This document shows positions 25,631 through 39,039 of a stretch of DNA of 64,000 nt, in pieces. Origin of the DNA: Octopus vulgaris (lineage: Eukaryota). Each line of letters begins with the position of its first letter. Within the stretch, counting starts at the first letter, position 1. The DNA lies in assembly GCA_951406725.2 (NCBI GenBank), contig OX597825.1, positions 62,620,001-62,684,000 on the forward strand, written 5' to 3'. A program made the translations under genes and the position numbers. The notes under the pieces were generated by a model. It searched no databases and had not been told where the DNA came from. It worked only from the letters and a program-made list of their open reading frames with translations.

Positions 25631-26317
25631 GACCTACAGATTTTAAAAATAATTTTTTGTAACTAAACACTTTTAAATTTCGTATACTGGTAGAATGTGT
25701 CATATAAAGCATCTTTTACTCTTATCATTTTTGAGAAAAACTTATATTTACGAAGTTATTTCATGTTAAAGTTCTTGTATTTTCCTTTACCCCCTTTACT
25801 AGTTTCAGTCACTGGACTGTGGTCATGCTGGAGCACCACATTTCAGTAATTTCAACCAATCAATGACGTGTATTCAGCTGTATAGTTATTGCAATTGTTT
25901 GTCAACAACAACTATTGGCCATTTATTTTTCGTTTGTCACTGTTATTTATGACATCGTTCGTGCATTTGTACAGGTTTTAGCTTTAAGGTTTTAGGGTTT
26001 TAGGGTTAGTATTAAGGTTTTAAGGTTAGGGCTGGGGTTTTATAGTTAGGGTCGTAATAAATAACAGTGACAAACGAAATATACACCGCTGGAAGTTCTT
26101 GTCGACAAACAACAGCAGTAATTTTATTCAGCTGAATACATGTCATTGATTGGTTGAAATTACCGAAATATGTGAACTTCAACATGAAATAACTTTATAA
26201 ACATAAACTCTTCTCAAAAACGCTAAGAGTATAAGGTATTTTATATGACACATTCTACCACTATACGAAGTTTGAAAGTGTTTAGTTACAAAAAATTATT
26301 TTTTAAATCTGCAGGTC
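25631..26317. mobile_element. Fold-back / long-TIR non-autonomous DNA element with central TTAGGG-like repeats
   Basis: Imperfect inverted arms of about 220 bp (gacctacagattttaaaaat... / ...ttttaaatctgcaggtc). The left arm is interrupted by a SINE A tail at about 25785-25840. Confidence 0.85.
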
Positions 26318-27384
26318 GGGATCGCATCACGGGCTGATGAAACTTGTTACTGCTGCTATGTAAACCAGTACTGCGTGTTCATTGGTTGAGTTGTCAGTGA
26401 CTAAACTGCCCCACCTCCACTTGAGTAGCTTGCTCCTCTTGTGAGGAGAGTATCCTGACTCTCAGCAGGACTAAAAGCAAAACCTGTCAAAGGACGGACC
26501 AATAACCAACCAGTTAGGGAAAGTAATATCAGATCACCCCAATATCTTTCTGAAGATAACACAATGAGAAAGCCAGAACTAAGCAATGCTATGGCTTCAA
26601 CCAATGGGAGGATATTACCCTTAATCAGAAAGGCTTTCATTGTAGTTTCATCAACATGCTGAAGTATTTGTATGAGACATCACAACGACAGCCATCATTT
26701 ATTACAAATTAACAACATGTATTCTAAATATTTTTCTTAAGAGTCTGATATTATATAAGGTGAAAGAAAAATGGTTTTAGATTTAAGAAGCTATAAAATG
26801 TTCATCTTCTCTTTGAATCTCCATCTATGCATTAACCACATCACCTCCTTTAATACTGCAAAAACTCTATTACTGTCAGTATACATAAAAAATAACCAGT
26901 ATCAAGAAATTTGTTAGAATTACTACGAAAAAGTTTGGAATATTCTGGTCCAGTTCATTAAAAAAGCCATTGTTTAAAATATTTCTACTGATTTATTTAT
27001 CTATATACTTAAGTCGTTTAGATTTTGCCAGCATAATTTGTTTCTGACAATATTTGTCATCAAACTTCAGTGACAGAGATGTCAGTTGGAAACAAGGTAA
27101 ACATCTTGCAAACAAAAATTTATGAGTAAAATTGAAGTAACTCTAAGACATAATATTTAATTTCCTGGCATACTTATGTATACAGATAAACTGAAGACAT
27201 AGTTGACAACTGAGCAAAAATTTAACGACTCATCATATTTATCTCATTTGTTTTAAGCAATTGACATTCAGAATATTTCAGAAATCTGAACAAGATTTCT
27301 TGTTAGAGAAAAGCTGTAATGACAACTTTCTGCTATTAAACATTATGAGGTATACAAAGTCAAATTTTTATAATCTGCTTCTTA

Positions 27385-27810
<426 letters not shown>

Positions 27811-28244
27811 GACTCTAATTCACTAAATGTCATGCCAATATTTAAGGAAAGAAGAAGAATGTAGCAAGATAGTGGCATTGTTAGCATACTGGGCAAAATG
27901 CTTACTGGCATTTCGTCTGCTCTTTATGTTCTGAGTTCAAATGCCAGCAAAGTCAACTTTGCTTTTCCTCCATTTGGGGGTTGATGAAATATTTACCAGT
28001 TGTACACTGGGGTTGATGTAATTGACTTACCCCCCCTCCGAAATTGCTGGCCTTGTGCTAAATTTGAAATCTATAAGTAAGAGAAGAATAAATTTTTACT
28101 GTGTGGTAAGAAGATTGCTTCCCAACCGCATGGTTCTGGGTTCAGTCCAACTGGGTGGCACTTTGGGCAAGTGTCTTCTACTCTAGCCTCGGGCCAACCA
28201 AAACCTAGTGAGTGGATTTGGTAGACAGAAACTGAGAGAAGCCT

Positions 28245-28280
<36 letters not shown>

Positions 28281-28440
28281 CAAAATAAGCAATAAGGATA
28301 TCTTTGTTGCTTATTTTGATTTTAATCACCTTACTTTGAAATTTTATGGATAATACCGTACTAAATTCTGGCGCTGCCACTTAAGTACCATATTCATCTG
28401 AATCTAAATTTTTGCTGAACTCATCTACCATACCCAAAGT

Positions 28441-28475
<35 letters not shown>

Positions 28476-29275
28476 CGTATGTATGTATGTATGTATGTAT
28501 GTATGTATGTATGTATGTATGTATGTATGTATGCATGTATGCATGTATGTATGTGTGTCTGTGTTTGTTCCCCCACCATTGCTTGACAACTGATGTTGGT
28601 GTATTTACATCCCTGTAACTTAGCAGTTCAGCAAAAGAGACCAATAGAATAAGTTTTAGGCTTACAAAGAATAAGTCCTGAGAGTTGATTAGTTTAACTA
28701 AAAGCAATGCTCCAGCATGGCAGCAGTCAAATAACTGAAAAAAGTAAAAGAAAAAATAGAAAAAAAAAGAACAAATATTTTATTTATAAAGCATATGGGA
28801 ACAGCTGGCAACTGAGAGCATAATTTGTAAAGGATTTGCTGAAAAGACTTGTGGATTAGTTCTTAGATTCTAAGTACAAAGGATTAACAGATTTAAATGT
28901 TGATTTAACTTAAATAGCTTACATAATACTTTCTATTATAGGCACAAGGCCTTAGTAAGCTTACGAAGCTTAGAGAGAGTTTGACCATTATGACTGATGC
29001 CATGTCTAACTAAGCAGAACCACCTGAAGTAATATTTTAAGTCTTATTTTAGTACGCAATAGCCCACTCAGGTGGGAATTGAAATTGTTTGGTTAGACGT
29101 ATTCAGGTGTCGGTTCCTGGGCAATTTCAATTTCTTTCACAATAATGTTGAATTAAGAAGCAACGATGGAGGAAAAAAATAAAAACGTGTCTCGATGTTG
29201 TGTGATATGCACTCAGTTTTTGTAGGGGTTTGGCAGTGGCTCTAGGGACAAACCTTAAGTGTCTTGAGAACTTGA

Positions 29276-29523
29276 AAGGTAGGAAAGTCCAGTTTGCTGG
29301 ACATTGTTGTAGAGCTGAAAACGAGACAATTTCTACTCTTCTCTTCTGGAAGCCATCTACTCGCAATATCAGAGGGTACACACTCTCCTACCCTGATGTA
29401 ATCTCCAGAGATACAGGCATCCAGCAACAGGACCTCCGTAATGCTATGATGGACCGTGAAGTCTGGCATAGCATGGTAAATTCCCTTGTATCGACCACGT
29501 TTGAACAATGATGATGATGATGA
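29276..29523 (+). mobile_element. 5'-truncated RTE/RTEX-like LINE with TSD
   Basis: Reads RKVQFAGHCCRAENETISTLLFWKP..YPDVISRDTG..AMMDREVWHSMV* with a (TGA)n tail. TSD tgagaacttga lies at 29265-29275 and 29524-29534. Shorter copies lie at about 43506-43632 (+) and 61563-61650 (-). Confidence 0.85.
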
Positions 29524-30452
29524 TGAGAACTTGATATCGACATCATTTGGACAATATTAATGAAATATTTTTCTTTATTGTGAAAATCATGTAGTGCTCA
29601 CAGCAGCACTGGAAAAATTTTCAGCTTTTGGAGATGATACAAATATAAACAGCCTCATTTTAATCGAAGTTGTAAATTTCACATGTCCTACATTAAAGAG
29701 TTAAATATATTTACTGTATGACTATTTCAAAAATGTTTAATGTAAAAAATAATATCGGGATTATAAAGTAAGCCATATATTGAATATTTATAATGGATTT
29801 TGGTTGCAATTCTAATAATATTAAAATATGTTAGAGAAGATAGGATGCAAATTAGCATCTTAAAAACAGACAGAAATACAGTATTAACAGAAAAATAAAC
29901 TCCAACACTTTTTCGTAATGTTCTTTAGTGTTAATCTCAGAGCTGAATCTGTTCTAAATAAAGTTGCCTACATTTTAGTATGTTCTCACTGTTTTTTTAA
30001 TGATTTAAATTCTTCTTTTCAGGAAGGAGCTGATTTCTAACTAAAATATTTGAAATGAAGTAATTTGCGAATGAACTAGAAAGAACAATTTGATCACTGA
30101 ATAGCAGAAGCACAATTTCTGCTGAGATGGACATGTCACAAAGTTCACAGACAAAGGTGGACTTGTGCAATTGCTAGGTGCCATCCAAGAGATTGGAAAA
30201 TGCATCGTGAGTGGAGGCACATGACTTAGTAGTTTTCCAAAAGGAGACTGATAGAATAAGTATCAGACTTTATAAAAAGAACTTAGTACTTGATTTGATT
30301 TGTTTGATTAAACCCTTCAAAGTTGTGCCCCAGCATGGCCACAGTTCAGTGACTGAAACAAGTAAACAATAAAAGATCATAATCAATAAATTAACTGAGT
30401 TCCACAGAGATTAAGAATTCTTTAAAAGGTTTATAAAAAAAAATTAAAATTA

Positions 30453-30862
30453 GGTGTAGGAGTGAATGTGTAGTAAGTAGCTTGCTTACAAACCACATGG
30501 TTCCGGGTTCAGTCCCACTGCGTGGCACCTTTAGCAAGTGTCTTCTACTATAACCTCGGGCCGACCAAAGCCTTGTGAGTGGATTTGGTATACGGAAACT
30601 GAAAGAAGCCCGTCGTATATATGTATATATATGTATGTGTGTGTATGTTTGTTTGTCCGTGTTTGTCCCTCCAACATCACTTGACAACCGATGCTGGTGT
30701 GTTTACATCCCTGTAACTTAGCAGTTTGGTAAAAGAGTCCGATAGAATAAGTACTACGCTTACAAAGAATAAGTCCTGGGGTCAATTTGCTCGACTAAAG
30801 GCGGTGCTCCAGCATGGCCACAGTCAAATGACTGAAACAAGTAACAGAGAAAGAGAATGAGA
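30453..30862 (+). mobile_element. SINE family A, full-length
   Basis: Complete head, body and tail. Confidence 0.9.
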
Positions 30863-30888
30863 GAAATTTTCTAATCAAGAAAAAAGTA

Positions 30889-32716
30889 CTGGGTGATGCA
30901 CAAAAAACAGCCCAGTTTTCTGTAGCATAATGTAAATGCAGAAATAAATTTATATGTACTGGAAAGGACTCCCCATTGTAGATTTTGAAAATGGCATCAA
31001 TACACAGGTGTGCACATTTAACCATGTTTGAATACACCTGGTATAAAATAATGACATCAATGGCAGTAGCCACATGTATGATATTGCACTTCAGTTCCTG
31101 TATTACGAGCAGGTTTTTTTCATGCACCATGCTCATCAAGTGTCACCAGAGATAATAATCACACATTGAAAAATCAGGAGAATGTGGTGGCCACAAATTT
31201 TTGCTAACTGTGCATTCCTCAGGGAATGCCATGGACTCACTGCGCAGAGACCAGAGAACTGTGGCAGGTCACCGTCTTGCTGGAAAAAGCACACCTTTCA
31301 TCATCTGTGTGTTGAGCGCAAAATTGGTCTAAAATATTCATGTAGATCTCTGTGTTGACAATACTTATTTCTTTATTGCCCACAAGGGGCTAAACACAGA
31401 GGGGACAAACAAGGACAGAGAAAGGGATTAAGTCGATTACATCGACCCCAGTGCATAACTGGTACTTAATCTATCAACCCCGAAATGATGAAAGGCAAAG
31501 TTGACCTCGGCAGAACTTGAACTCAGAATGTAATAGCAGATGAAATACTGCTAAGCATTTCACCCGGCATGCTAACATTTCTTATTTCTTTATTGCCCAC
31601 AAGGGGCTAAACAAGGATAGACAAACTTATTAAGTTGATTACATCGACCCCAGTGCTTAACTGGTACTTAATGTATCCATCCCGAAAGGATGAAAGGCAA
31701 AGTCGAGCTCGGCGGAATTTGAACTCAGAACGCAGTGGTGGACGAAATACCGCCAGGCATTTCTCCCGGCCTGCTAACGTTTCTGTCAGCTCACCGCCTT
31801 TTTTGACAGTATTGTCACTGTGTTGACAATACCGTCAAAAAGTAACAGTCAAATGGTGCATGTCCCTGAAACAGCCCACCAAACACTGATTTTTGTTTTT
31901 TATTGTGGAGTGGCAACTCATACACAAGGTGAGGATTCTCCACTGCCCAGTATCATGTGTTTTGTAAATTTACGTGGCCAGAGAGATGACACCATGCCTC
32001 ATCACTCATTATGTACTGGAATGGATATAGTCACAATTAGCAATGCTATTCAGAAACCATATGCAGTAATTTACTCTTTTGCTCTTGTTATTCACTTTTA
32101 ATTGCTGTACATATGTGAAATGATGTGGCTTCACCTTTAGACTTTTCCTCATCCAATGACAAGATCTGCTTATGTGAGATGGCTGAGCCATTTTACATGT
32201 TGACTTCTTTGGACTTCAAAGTAAGTCTTTGGTGAACGTCCTGAATAACTGCTGGCATTCAAACTGTAGGATCTCTTTCTCTGGAGGCATTGTGCACTGA
32301 CATCATAGTGCACCACTTCTTAACCAACATTTGTATTGTTGTCTTTGTCAGTAAACTTTTATGCAGAAAACATTTATACTTCAAACATTTCATACGTTTG
32401 CTTAACAGAAGCCATTCTCTCATTTGCTTCCACAATCTCCACTCTTTCCATTACTGACTGACTGTGTTATCTGGCACAAAAGCCAGAAATGTTCACTCAA
32501 TCACACAATGCAATCTTACATTCAACCAATGTGGTGAAGATGCAGAGAGGATAACGCAGCAAACAGTTTGATAGTGTGCCATGTTTGTTTAGTGATTACA
32601 AGTGGTCAAAATAACACAACGACACTAGCAAATTAAAGGCTGGGTGCTTTGTCAAATTTATTTCGGGATTTACATTACACTACAGTACCCAGGCTACTTT
32701 TTCATGTGCCACCCTG
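30889..32716 (-). mobile_element. Decayed Tc1/mariner-superfamily transposon (DD37D/maT-like), interrupted by SINEs
   Basis: TA-flanked imperfect TIRs (ctgggtgatgcacaaaaa / tttttcatgtgccaccctg). Minus strand shows FFQQDG at about 31271-31288 and WPPHSPDFSMCDYYLW at about 31146-31193. About 37 codons separate the last two Asp residues. Confidence 0.8.
31365..31800 (-). mobile_element. Two tandem SINE family B copies
   Basis: Copies at about 31365-31581 and 31582-31800, jointly flanked by a duplicated ctgtgttgacaatac. Confidence 0.9.
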
Positions 32717-33074
32717 TATATGTTTATAAAATATGATTCTTTAGTATTGCTGCAAGAGAAGCCAGATTAATTTAGGAATAGAACTTACTCTCTAAGGTGA
32801 CCTCATTTATTGTTTTTTTTTTGTCCTTTCACTTGTTTCATTCACTAGACTGTGGCCATGCTGTGGCACTTCTTTGAAGAATTTCTCATGAATAAATCAA
32901 CTCCATTACTTATTATTTTTCGTATAGCTTGCTACTTATTCTATCAGTCTCTTTTGCCACACAGCTGAGTGATAGGGACATAAACACACCATACCAGTTG
33001 TCAAGTGGTGGTGGTGGACAAACATAAAAATACACACACGTGCATATATATATGTGTGTGTGTGTGTGTGTGTA

Positions 33075-33268
33075 TAATGTCAGTGTGCACACATGACAGA
33101 GTGTATGTGCTCTGAAACAAATGCTGGACTTAAGGAGCATCAAGGGAGACGACTGCGCTGGTATGGTCATGTGCTGCATATAGATGAGGAGAGGTGTATG
33201 AAGAAGTGTCCCTCCCTAACAATGAAAGGAACCTGTGGAAGAGGGAGAACCAGGAAGACATGGGATGT
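33075..33268 (+). mobile_element. RTE LINE fragment
   Basis: RRLRWYGHVLHIDEERCMKKCPSLTMKGTCGRGRTRKTWD; homologous to 40930-41130. Confidence 0.8.
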
Positions 33269-34847
33269 TTGTCCGCTCAACATCACTTGACAACTGATGC
33301 TGCTGTGTTTACATCCCTGTAAATTAGCGGTTCAGCAAAAGAGAGACTGATAGAATAAGTACTAGGCTTACAAAGAATAAGTCCTGGGATCGATTTGCTT
33401 GACTAAAGGCAGTGCTCCAGCATGGCCACAGTCAAACGACTGGAACAAGTAAATGAGTAAAAGAGAGAGTAAAGGGTAGAGTAATGCCAAAAATATATTT
33501 TCTCTTTCAAAAAAAATTTTTGTGCTATTTTCTCTGGGATTTTGTCATGCAAATGTCTGGAAAAATATTTTTACTCTACCAAAGGAAGGTTTCCCTTCTG
33601 AAAATTATAACCAAGCTGCTGTTTACGATTTAACCGAGAAGATTTCCAATAAATATCATAAAAGAACTATAATTACAGTCATAAACAATTGTTAAGGGTT
33701 GTATTTGTTATAGTCGTTGATGTTGTTATATCAACGGTACATAAGCAGATCTAACATCAAAGGTGTTAATGCGGTGATCATCTTAACTTCTCTTTCAACA
33801 TAGTCAAAGCAATTTGTTCTTCACTGTAGTAGCTCATGGGATAAATAACTTATTCTATTAACAGTCTATTCTTTTACATCTAAAGAATATACGACTTCCA
33901 AATAAGTTTCCCTGCATCAATTCTATACCCAGTCAAAATAAGTGAACTTAAATCTTAGACTGTTCATTCATTCAATTTGCATAGCAATACATTTTAATGT
34001 ACAATATAGACATAGTAATGAAACTATAGTATGTATTTTGGTTGAATATTCTGGTTCGTTTGAAAAAAAAAAAAGAATTTTAAAGAAATTCTTTAAAATG
34101 ATAATAAAATGGCATAAAATGTTTTAAGTTATTTCAATTACATATAATCCTGCTAATATTCTTAAAATAGTCAATATTTATAGTCAATAAAAGTTGAAAT
34201 ATGTTTTCAGATGGAATGTACATTTATGTGCATGCATGCACGTGAGTGTGAGTATGGGTGTGTGCGCGTGTGTGTGTATGTGTGCACATGTGTGCGTGCA
34301 CGTGGGGGAGTGGGCTGGTGTGGAGTGGTTATATGTCTTTTGTATGTGTTATTTACAATTGCATATGCATATAAATATATTATGACATCTATTCAAACTA
34401 GAAAGAATTCTCTATCTTCCTATTTCCTGAATACATATATACATATGTGTGTGTGTATGTGTGTATATACATACATACACCGACCCACCCACATGCACCA
34501 TATATATGTCTACATACACATACATATAAATATATATACACACACATATATATATATATACATACATATACATACATATATATATACATACATGTCTATC
34601 TGCATATGTATATGCATATATATGCATATATGGTATATGTGTGCATATTCGTATTTCAAAGTATACCTATGAATAATAATGTATATGTTTCAGTATGTCT
34701 ATTATTCATATATACTTAGGTATGTATAATGGATATGCTACAAATGTGGGTGTGTGGACGTGTGCTATGTATATATTCCTGTGTGCACATATGCTCATGC
34801 CTGCGCTTCTGGTATATGTGTGTTTGTGTGTATGTTTATATATACAG

Positions 34848-34891
<44 letters not shown>

Positions 34892-35552
34892 GCACACACA
34901 TTTGCATATATATATATTTGTATATACAAGTAAGATAGTGTGAGAATATGCATGAATTTGTGTATATATGTATGAATAACTTTTAAACTATTTTGCTTTT
35001 AATTTTCTTAATTTTTGCATGTACAAAATTTTCCAATTTAGATTTCTAATTTTATCAAAATCAAGATTTTCACACACATTTGTTTTCTTTCTATTTTTCC
35101 CTCCCAACATTTAATGAAATGTTCATATTTACAAACCATTCTATAAAGTTTAGACAAAATGTATTTAAAGAAAGGAAATGGCAAAATTATTTAACATTTT
35201 ACAAATATTTTCTGAAATTTTAGGCACATAATCAATGTGCAGTTGATGCAAAGTTACATAGATGTTTAAGTTATTTCTGTTGTATGTTCATGAAAATCAG
35301 CTGTTAACAAGGTTAGGGAAAGCTAATTGAATACTACCTTGATATAATGATTAGTGAAACCTTATTTAGCTTTCATATCACAGTTAATTCATCTCTTTAG
35401 AGGCTTGTTGTCCCAAGAGCTATCACTTTAAATACAAGCCTTCTTCCTTAGCAGTAAGAAAATCAAAAGAATATTTCTACTTTGCATTGTAATTTAATAT
35501 TCCTCTCTTGAACAATCTATGTTATCTGTCTGTCCGTCTGACTGTCTGCCTC

Positions 35553-35584
<32 letters not shown>

Positions 35585-35591
35585 GTAACTA

Positions 35592-35770
35592 TAATATGTG
35601 ACAATTATTCAGATAACTGAAGAGATGGTGGCGTGGATTCCACCTCGGCATCCAAAACTCAGAGTTTTATTTTAACTACCGAATAATTGTCACATATTAC
35701 ATTTACAGATAAATTCCTCTATTTACATAATATCAAGGTCCCTTTCATTCTTTTGTTGTCTTACCATTTC
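35592..35770 (+). mobile_element. Penelope-like fragment with degenerate hammerhead (35613-35670) inside a 19-bp inverted repeat
   Basis: Reads auaa-CUGAAGA-gaug..gugga/uccac..cauc-cAAAACUCAGAGUU-uuau, flanked by taatatgtgacaattattc / gaataattgtcacatatta. 35705-35760 resembles 61440-61495. Confidence 0.5.
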
Positions 35771-35866
35771 TATCAATATATATATATACATACATGTCAC
35801 CAGTATATATATCGTGACATATATATGTATATATATCATCATCATCATCATCATCGTTTAACGTCC

Positions 35867-35936
<70 letters not shown>

Positions 35937-35971
35937 CACGTCACTAGTATATATATCGTGACATATATATG

Positions 35972-36005
<34 letters not shown>

Positions 36006-36097
36006 CCCTTTGTCACTTTAGTGATGTTTATATTTTATCCTTTAGGCTGTTAAATTGTGAATTAGGCCATCCATATTGTTTATATAAATATATATGT

Positions 36098-36132
<35 letters not shown>

Positions 36133-36433
36133 AAGTGAGTGAGAGAAAGAAAGAGAGAGAGAGAATTGCTGTATAAACATTAAAATAAATATTTAGAGTA
36201 AATAAAAATCCAGTTAATAGCATCTCATCCAACTTCGGTGCACTATTACAATGCTATGAGCTCAGGTGGGACAAACTTGCATATATATATGTAGAGAATT
36301 GGCTACTATGATATAGTAGAGCAACTTATTTAGAATAAAAGAACAGAATTGAACTGATTTCGCATATATTTCATGATTTAATTGTATTCAAATTATCTTT
36401 TGTTGATTACAAACATCATTATTTATATAACTA

Positions 36434-36964
36434 CTAGCAGTATCGCCCGGCGTTGCTCGGGTTTGTAAGGGAAATAACTATATAAACATTTTTAGAGAGT
36501 TATAGCAAAAAAATGCATTAAAAATGGAATAAAAAATGATGATAATTTTTTTTTTTAAATCGTTGACTCAGTGTCTTCAAGCCATGAAATCGTTGTTCTA
36601 AAAGAACGCTGGTCTCCTTGACAACGCTTTACGACGTTGATTTCCTTACACTCCCTTCCCCACAGCTTCACGAGGGAGGGAAGAAGGGGAAGAAGCAAAC
36701 AGGTGCAGCTGTGACCGTGGATGCCAACTCCGCCGCCATCGACACACGAAAAATTATGCATTAAAATGGAATAAAAAATTATGTTAAATTATTTTAAAAA
36801 TCGTAGACTCATCGTAGATGCGCGCTAATAGCCAGACGTGCTCGATATGAATTACGACTATAAGATACCCGAATTTAGTTAAACTGCACCGCAAAATGTG
36901 GGAGTAGTTAGGAATCTAAATCGTAGGAGACAGACACTCACACAGCTACAGTTTTATATATATA
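36434..36964 (-). mobile_element. Non-autonomous Helitron-like element (~530 bp)
   Basis: The minus-strand 3' end has a GC-rich hairpin cccgagcaacgccggg followed by ...CTAG|T. The 5' end reads tatatatataaaac..gtgtctgtct. No TSD. Confidence 0.75.
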
Positions 36965-37432
36965 ACTATATAATTAAAGCCTATAATTAATTAATTTGGA
37001 TGTGATGTTTTGCAGTTATTGCCAGGAGAGTTAATAATTAATATTATTGTTGATAACGATATTTCACTTGTCTGTCTTGTATCAAAAGACCTCAAGTTAA
37101 TAATATTCCATTACTGATGCCATCTAGTTAGCTGGTCAACACACAAATCCTGTAGAGACGAAATCTGTAATGTAAAATAGATGCCAGAAAAGACCATCTA
37201 CCAATTAATGAGATTATCAACACACCTGAGACTGCCTCTTGTTCTGTGATACAAAGTTCATGCATTAAAATGAATTCAAACCTTCCATAAGAATTTCAAG
37301 TTAATTAATTCTTCAAATCCCAGCCTTATAAATTCATTTAATTCATATGTGATTTAATTTATATGCAAAACTTTGTCAGCAAAATGGATTTAAGTGCCTC
37401 AACTCATAAATAGAAAAAAAATGTGTCTTTAA

Positions 37433-37654
37433 CCCTTTCGTTACCGTATTTATTTTGAGATGCTCTGTGTTTCTTTCAATTAATTTTAAATATAACTAAG
37501 AAGTTATTAAGATAACTTTGTTACCAATAAGCTAGTGTTAGGAACATAAATTGTGACTAAGGTCTCCTGGAAGATTTTAATTCAGAACCTATGAAAACAA
37601 AACCTTTGTACAACAGAGCCAAAGGATGTTTCAGCTGGGTTGGTATCAAAAGGG
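37433..37654. mobile_element. piggyBac-like MITE
   Basis: TTAA-CCCTTTCGTTACC ... GGTATCAAAAGGG-TTAA: 13-bp imperfect TIR with TTAA on both sides. Confidence 0.8.
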
Positions 37655-37787
37655 TTAACATTGTTCACACTTTTTGTTATTTTAGCATAGATCCAGACAG
37701 TTCAGTGTCTGGTTGCCCATAGTTTCTCATTTCTAATATAGGCCCAAGACAAAGGCAGCAGGCTTTTACCTGATTTTACGTTCTGAA

Positions 37788-37943
37788 CATTATTTACATT
37801 ATTTACATTTGACAGATATTTGTCCTCATCTTGTTAGTTGTTAACACAACATTTCAGCTGATATACCCTCCAGCCTTCATCAGGTGTCTTGGGGGAAATT
37901 TCGAACCTGAGTTCTCATTCCTAAGGTATTTTTTTATGTTGTA

Positions 37944-37987
<44 letters not shown>

Positions 37988-38285
37988 CCTTACTATTATT
38001 CAGCTCACTCCTTAGAATTGAACTCGGAATCTTGGGTTTAAGAGTGCAGGCCAAGATTCCAAGTTCGATTCAGGCAGTGACCTGAATAATAATAATAATT
38101 ATTATTATTATAATAATAACAACAACAACAACATCGAAAAGTACCTAAGGAATGAGAACCCAGGTTTGAAATTTCCCCAAGACACCAGATGAAAGCTGGA
38201 GGGTATATCAGCCGAAACATTGTATTAACAACAAACAAGATGAGGACAAATATCACTCAAATGTAGATAATGTGAATAATGTACA
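37788..38285. mobile_element. Head-to-head pair of tRNA-headed, hammerhead-bearing SINE-like elements
   Basis: Two diverged copies point away from about 38037. Each has a B-box-like sequence, (AAT)n and a body with a hammerhead motif (37844-37887 minus; about 38182-38225 plus). Confidence 0.7.
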
Positions 38286-38737
38286 TAATTCTTTGTCTCT
38301 TAAATATAGAACTGTATTTATGTTCTGAGTTCAAATTCTGCCAAGACTGACTTTGCCTGCCATTGTTTAGGGGTCAATAAAATAACTACCATTTGAGAAC
38401 CAGTGTCAATATAATCAGCTTAATCCTGCTTCTGAATTTGCTGGCCTTGTTGCAAAACTTGAAACAAATAAAGGCACAAGACTAGCAATTTTTAAAGGGA
38501 ATTGACCGATCATATACTTTATTGCCTCCCAGTGGAATGAAATGCAACGTTGACTTCAATGGGATTTGATCTCAGAATAAAAAGACCTTGAACAAATATC
38601 ACAAATCATGCACCCCTTGTTTACTCATATGAGGAATCATGCTGTATAAGTTGTTCCCTAGAACCCTTTTCATATTGCAGTTTTTTTATTATCATACTCA
38701 CATATCAACAACAAGCTGGGATTTGCATTTGACCTGC

Positions 38738-38872
38738 AATGATGTTGATGATGATGATGGTGGTGATTACAACAACGATGACTACAATGATGATGACGAT
38801 GATGGTTTATTACAGTGACAACGACAACGACGATGACAATGATGATGATGATGATGATGTTGATGACGACTG

Positions 38873-38914
<42 letters not shown>

Positions 38915-39000
38915 CAGTGACTATGCTGATGATGATGATGGCAATGATGATGATGATGACAACAATGATAATGATGGTGATGATGATATTAATAACAACC

Positions 39001-39039
<39 letters not shown>

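Noticed and set aside
26401-26658. Hydrophobic minus-strand ORF (79-86 aa) as a membrane-protein exon
   Set aside because: No recognisable homology, a weak acceptor, and a length compatible with chance.
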